Below the pieces are notes generated by a model. It did no database searches and was not told the origin of the DNA. It was given only the letters and a program-made list of their open reading frames with translations. Below are positions 62,258 through 64,000 of a DNA stretch of 64,000 bases, piece by piece. How positions within the stretch are numbered: position 1 is the stretch's first letter; each line of letters opens with the position of its first letter. The translations under genes and the position numbers were made by a program. Origin of the DNA: Mycobacteriales bacterium (GTDB taxonomy: Bacteria; Actinomycetota; Actinomycetes; JAFAQI01); NCBI GenBank assembly GCA_035550055.1, contig DASZRO010000080.1, positions 8,937 to 72,936 on the forward strand. The letters run 5' to 3'.

Positions 62258-63490
62258 CTACTGCCTCCTCGCCGAGGTGCGGTGAGTGGTGGTGTCGACG
62301 CGGGCCGCGTCGTCCAGCTCGACATATCCCGGAGCCGCCGCGCGCAACCCGACGATCAGCTCCGGGACGAGAAGAGCCAACACGAACACCAGCGGACCAC
62401 GCCACGAGTTCGTTACCGCATGAAGGGCGCCGAACGCCAGCGGGCCGACGCCTGCGATGACATAGCCGATCGACTGCATCATCGTCGACAGCTGGGCGGT
62501 CGCGGCATGCGTCCGCGCGCGCAACACGAGCATGACGAGCGTCCACGGGAACGCCGCGCCCTGCCCGAAGCCGAGGAACACCAGCCACAGCAGCGCAGGC
62601 CTGGTCGGCGAGAGCAGGATCCCCAGGAAGCCGACCGCAGAGGAGGCAACGATCGCGCTGACCAAAAGATGCTGGCGCGCGAGCCGGCTGGCCAGCGACG
62701 GCACCACCAACGCGACGGGCAGTTGGATCAGGACCAGCAGCGCCAGCAGGCCGCCGGCCTTCGAGTCGGAGTAGCCGTGATCCTGGTAGATCGACGGCAG
62801 CCAGTTGACGACGACGTACACGTTGAGCGACTGCAGGCCGAAGAACACGGTGATCATCCACGCCAGCGGGCTGCGCAGCACCGCCCGGGTCAGCCGGGGC
62901 GCCTCCCCCTCGTCACGCAACGGACGTCGCCACGCGAACGGCAGCCAGACGAGCAGCGTCAGCCCGCTCAGCGCCGCCCAGATGCCGAGCCCGGCCCGCC
63001 AGCCGGCGTCGAGCGCGTCGGCGATCGGCACCGTGAGCCCCCCGGCGAGGGCCACCGATCCGATCGTGGCGGTCGTCGACAGGCCCAGCATCAGCCCGGT
63101 TCGGCGAGGGAACTCCCGGCGTGCCACCACCGGCATCAGCACGTTGGCGATCGCGATGCCGGCCGCGGCGAGCAACGTCCCGGCGAACAGCGTGACGGCG
63201 TCCGGCCCGATGCGCAGCACCGACCCGGCGGTGAGCATTGCCAGCACCAGCAGCAGAGCGCGGCGCAACCCGAGCCGGTGCGAGACCACCGGCCCGACGA
63301 GGGCGAGCACGCCGAAGCAGAACACCGGCAGCGCAGTGAGCACCGAGGTGGCGGCGCTGGACAGGCCCAGGCCGGCGCGCACGTTGTCGAGCTCCGGGCC
63401 GAGGCTCGCGATGACGAGCCGGAGGTTGATCGCGACGAGCACGACCGCGGCGGCGAGCCCGACCGAGCCGTCCTCCTCTGGACTGTTCAA
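62258..63490 (-). CDS. MFS transporter (CynX/NimT-like)
   Basis: Start tentatively TTG 63490, just after the CDF stop. It has about 12 TM segments and the motif VAINLRLVIASLGP. Confidence 0.7.
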   Translation of the reverse strand: MNSPEEDGSVGLAAAVVLVAINLRLVIASLGPELDNVRAGLGLSSAATSVLTALPVFCFGVLALVGPVVSHRLGLRRALLLVLAMLTAGSVLRIGPDAVTLFAGTLLAAAGIAIANVLMPVVARREFPRRTGLMLGLSTTATIGSVALAGGLTVPIADALDAGWRAGLGIWAALSGLTLLVWLPFAWRRPLRDEGEAPRLTRAVLRSPLAWMITVFFGLQSLNVYVVVNWLPSIYQDHGYSDSKAGGLLALLVLIQLPVALVVPSLASRLARQHLLVSAIVASSAVGFLGILLSPTRPALLWLVFLGFGQGAAFPWTLVMLVLRARTHAATAQLSTMMQSIGYVIAGVGPLAFGALHAVTNSWRGPLVFVLALLVPELIVGLRAAAPGYVELDDAARVDTTTHRTSARRQ

Positions 63491-63503
63491 CGCGGCGAGA
63501 GGC

Positions 63504-64000
63504 TCAGTGAAGCGCCGGCTCGTGGTCGCTGTGGCCGGCCGGCTCGAGCTGGAAGGTCGAGTGCGCGACGTCGAAGTGACCGGCCAGGCACGCCTGCAGC
63601 TCGTCCAGCAGCGCCGGCGCGCGCCCGGTCGTGAAGCAGTCCTCGTTGATGACGACGTGGACCGACAGGGCGGGCAGGCCCGAGGTGACGGTCCACACGT
63701 GCAGGTCGTGGACGTCCACGACGTACGACGCGTCGAGCAGGTGCTCGCGCACGAGAGCAAGGTCGACGTCGCTCGGCGCCGCCTCGAGCAGCACCCGCCC
63801 GGAGTCACGCAGGAGCGAGCGCGCCGAACGCAGCAGGATCACGACGAGCAGCAGCGACGCGACCGGGTCGGCACGATGCCACCCGATGCCGACGATGACG
63901 GCGCCCGCCGCGATGGAGGCGGCGAAGCCGAACGCATCGGTGACGACGTGCGCCATCGCGCCGCCCACGTTCATCGACTTGCGGTCGGTGCGCGACAGCA
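63504..64000 (-). CDS. cation diffusion facilitator (CDF) transporter, C-terminal part; gene continues beyond the window
   Basis: The frame stays open to the window edge. It has a TM5 HxxxD-type motif (AHVVTD) and the cytoplasmic domain VHDLHVWTVTSG. Confidence 0.85.
   Translation of the reverse strand, partial: LSRTDRKSMNVGGAMAHVVTDAFGFAASIAAGAVIVGIGWHRADPVASLLLVVILLRSARSLLRDSGRVLLEAAPSDVDLALVREHLLDASYVVDVHDLHVWTVTSGLPALSVHVVINEDCFTTGRAPALLDELQACLAGHFDVAHSTFQLEPAGHSDHEPALH

Noticed and set aside
63491-63808. Upstream 106 codons of the 516-aa MFS track ORF.
   Set aside because: It overlaps the CDF transporter gene in another frame and is not hydrophobic or MFS-like. The start was moved to TTG 63490, although that start remains tentative.
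1-64000. Mobile elements, prophage, defence islands, toxin-antitoxin pairs and biosynthetic (PKS/NRPS/RiPP) clusters.
   Set aside because: I recognised no transposase, integrase, recombinase, capsid/terminase, restriction-modification, Cas, or PKS/NRPS signature in any frame. The window reads as core chromosome with metabolic and stress modules.

Overview
All calls below were made by eye from translations and motifs. No database search was run.

**Overall character.** This is a very GC-rich segment; third codon positions are almost all G/C, so every real gene casts long antisense shadow ORFs. It looks like a densely packed actinobacterial core chromosome, with roughly 65 protein genes, one tRNA-Val(TAC) and the RNase P RNA (rnpB). 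I saw no transposase, integrase, phage gene, rRNA or CRISPR array.

**Synteny.** Several blocks match gene orders I remember from Mycobacterium tuberculosis:
- ppk1 near mutT1
- RNaseH/CobC-like, zinc-ribbon and Nif3 genes (Rv2228c-Rv2230c-like)
- ahpE, DUF3052 and aceE

**Gene content, in order:**
- panB 3' end, then an F420 reductase
- a 74-aa Lys/Ala pentad-repeat histone-like protein
- a cell-wall amidase behind a terminator-like leader
- a GT2 glycosyltransferase
- a polyphosphate module (ppk1, CYTH/CHAD, Nudix-histidine phosphatase)
- two sedolisin (S53) peptidase paralogs
- a histidine kinase with a CheY-like regulator, divergent from a REC-GGDEF-EAL protein
- an overlapping F420-LLM / Hrp1-like CBS / DUF5709 / DUF1360 operon
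- carbohydrate modules: SDR+GH15, DUF72, an MFS sugar porter, GH65 + beta-phosphoglucomutase
- a DinB / hemerythrin / MgtC group
- an NHEJ/DNA-repair island: split LigD ligase and polymerase genes, Ku, a small Rho_N/HeH-motif protein, a basic coiled-coil protein and an SRAP peptidase
- a second PAS-GGDEF-EAL protein
- peroxiredoxins, MFS and CDF transporters, and several small membrane ORFs

**Best candidates for something undescribed:**
1. The tightly coupled six-gene operon at 24768-31010. It encodes a PoxB-like TPP enzyme, a 4-TM protein, a cytochrome-less gluconate-2-dehydrogenase-type pair, an enolase-superfamily enzyme and a HAD hydrolase.
2. The extended NHEJ island at 33113-37710, with a shared HeH motif and a tandem hairpin-repeat array.
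3. The Hrp1-like four-gene operon at 17398-19640.

None of these is proven novel from sequence alone.
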